Origin: a virus
Length of the DNA: 64,000 nucleotides
Strand: one strand, 5' to 3'
IMG/VR virus record: IMGVR_UViG_3300006921_004083
Coordinates: 1 to 64,000 of that record
Below, piece by piece: positions 62,944 through 64,000 of this stretch. Below the pieces are notes generated by a model, which saw only the letters and a program-made list of their open reading frames with translations, searched no databases and was not told where the DNA came from. The position numbers were made by a program, and so were the translations under genes. Numbering within the stretch: the stretch's first letter is position 1; every line of letters begins with the position of its first letter.

Positions 62944-63388
62944 ATACACCGATAAATTTGAGTTTATCTTAAGAATTAATGATAACATTATTTGCCAAAG
63001 GTACTTTAATATCAGAGGATATAACAATAGAGCGAAAGAGTCTATGGATCTTAGATGGGATTTAGGGGACATTGTAACAACAATACAAAGTTATTTACAA
63101 CAGAAAACAGAAGATTTTCTTTGGTTAAACTATAACCCTTACTCACTAAAAAACTCCGTAGTAAAAGAAGTTGATAAACAAGAAGAGGACTACTTCACCT
63201 TTGAAATTAGAGTCGACGGTAAGGTTATAATTATCGAAAGATTCACAGGAATGGACTTCCCACCGAAGGTAAGGTACTCAGTAAACATAAAATCCTTGAT
63301 ACCATCTATAATATCAAAGATACAACGAGGATTAAGTCAAAGAAAGTACACAAAAGTAGTAGACCATTACGAATGTAGTACTAGGTAA
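62924..63388 (+). CDS. Hypothetical protein
   Basis: 154-aa ORF overlapping the exonuclease stop. Confidence 0.6.
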   Translation: MERTKNKYTDKFEFILRINDNIICQRYFNIRGYNNRAKESMDLRWDLGDIVTTIQSYLQQKTEDFLWLNYNPYSLKNSVVKEVDKQEEDYFTFEIRVDGKVIIIERFTGMDFPPKVRYSVNIKSLIPSIISKIQRGLSQRKYTKVVDHYECSTR

Positions 63389-63431
63389 TTAAGGAGAAAT
63401 AGTATATTTATAATAAAAGAAAATTTATAGA

Positions 63432-64000
63432 ATGACAGATAGAAATTTTGGGTACTTAGGAGATAAATTCCAATTAAAGTTACTTTCACTTTTAATAGTG
63501 GACAACAAGTTTGCAGACAACATAGTAGAGTCGATAGAACCAACATATTTTGATGACCAATATTGTAGATTATTGATGCAATTAATTAAAGAATATTATA
63601 CAAAATATGAAACGGTTCCTACACATGATTCTTTAGACCAACTTATTAGAATTGAGGTGTCAAACGAAACGGCAAAAGAATACTTAAAAGATACCTTAAA
63701 AAAATTAAAGGATCAAGATTTTGCAGATGCGGATTTCACCCAACAAACAGCCTTAAAATTTTGTAAACAACAAGAAATAAAAAAAGCCATTTCTAGTTCA
63801 GAAAAAATAATGTCTAACGGTAATTTCGAAGACTATGATAAGATAGAAGATTTGTTTAGAAAGGCACTAAGTGTTGGTAATGATAAGGAAGATGGTATTG
63901 ATGTGTTTACCGCTCTAGAAGATGTATTGGCAGATGACTTTAGACACCCAGTGGCGACAGGAATAACAGGAATCGATAACATTACTAATGGAGGACTATC
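63432..64000 (+). CDS. dnaB: Replicative DNA helicase (DnaB/gp41-like), 5' part, truncated by the window
   Basis: Absent from the ORF track. MTDRNFGYLGDKFQLKLL...FCKQQEIKKA...FRHPVATGITGIDNITNGGL; the TG...D....GGL motif precedes Walker A in DnaB-family helicases. Confidence 0.85.
   Translation, partial: MTDRNFGYLGDKFQLKLLSLLIVDNKFADNIVESIEPTYFDDQYCRLLMQLIKEYYTKYETVPTHDSLDQLIRIEVSNETAKEYLKDTLKKLKDQDFADADFTQQTALKFCKQQEIKKAISSSEKIMSNGNFEDYDKIEDLFRKALSVGNDKEDGIDVFTALEDVLADDFRHPVATGITGIDNITNGGL

Overview
AT-rich, gene-dense segment of a large T4-like (contractile-tailed, probably jumbo) bacteriophage genome using the standard genetic code. 1-12.3 kb (minus strand) is one tightly overlapping operon. 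It holds four glycosyltransferases, a PolB-type 3'-5' exonuclease, dUTPase and a rare-sugar pathway: WbpB-like dehydrogenase, WbpE-like aminotransferase, WbpG/WbuX-like amidotransferase with HisH/HisF partners, formyltransferase and SDR epimerase/decarboxylase. 12.4-59.9 kb (plus strand) is mostly virion genes: fibres, neck gp13/gp14, terminator gp15, two tandem tail sheaths, tube, assembly chaperones, tape measure and baseplate. These are interspersed with DNA polymerase B, a WYL protein, an SNF2 helicase and a HAD enzyme. 60-64 kb holds gp32-like SSB, UvsX/RecA, a 5'-3' exonuclease and the start of a DnaB/gp41 helicase. Most notable: (1) a candidate phage-encoded virion glycosylation system, with a strongly recurring (S/T)-G-x-T motif in outer virion proteins as a possible sequon; (2) a likely +1 programmed frameshift at UUU_UUU_UGG joining the tail chaperone ORFs; (3) an unannotated ribbon-helix-helix gene with a helically phased operator array in front of the sheath genes; (4) a TATTTATA late-promoter motif; (5) duplicated sheaths and Cys-paired modules in virion proteins. 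All product calls come from motif recognition by eye; no database searches were run. No tRNA, rRNA, CRISPR array or mobile element was recognised.
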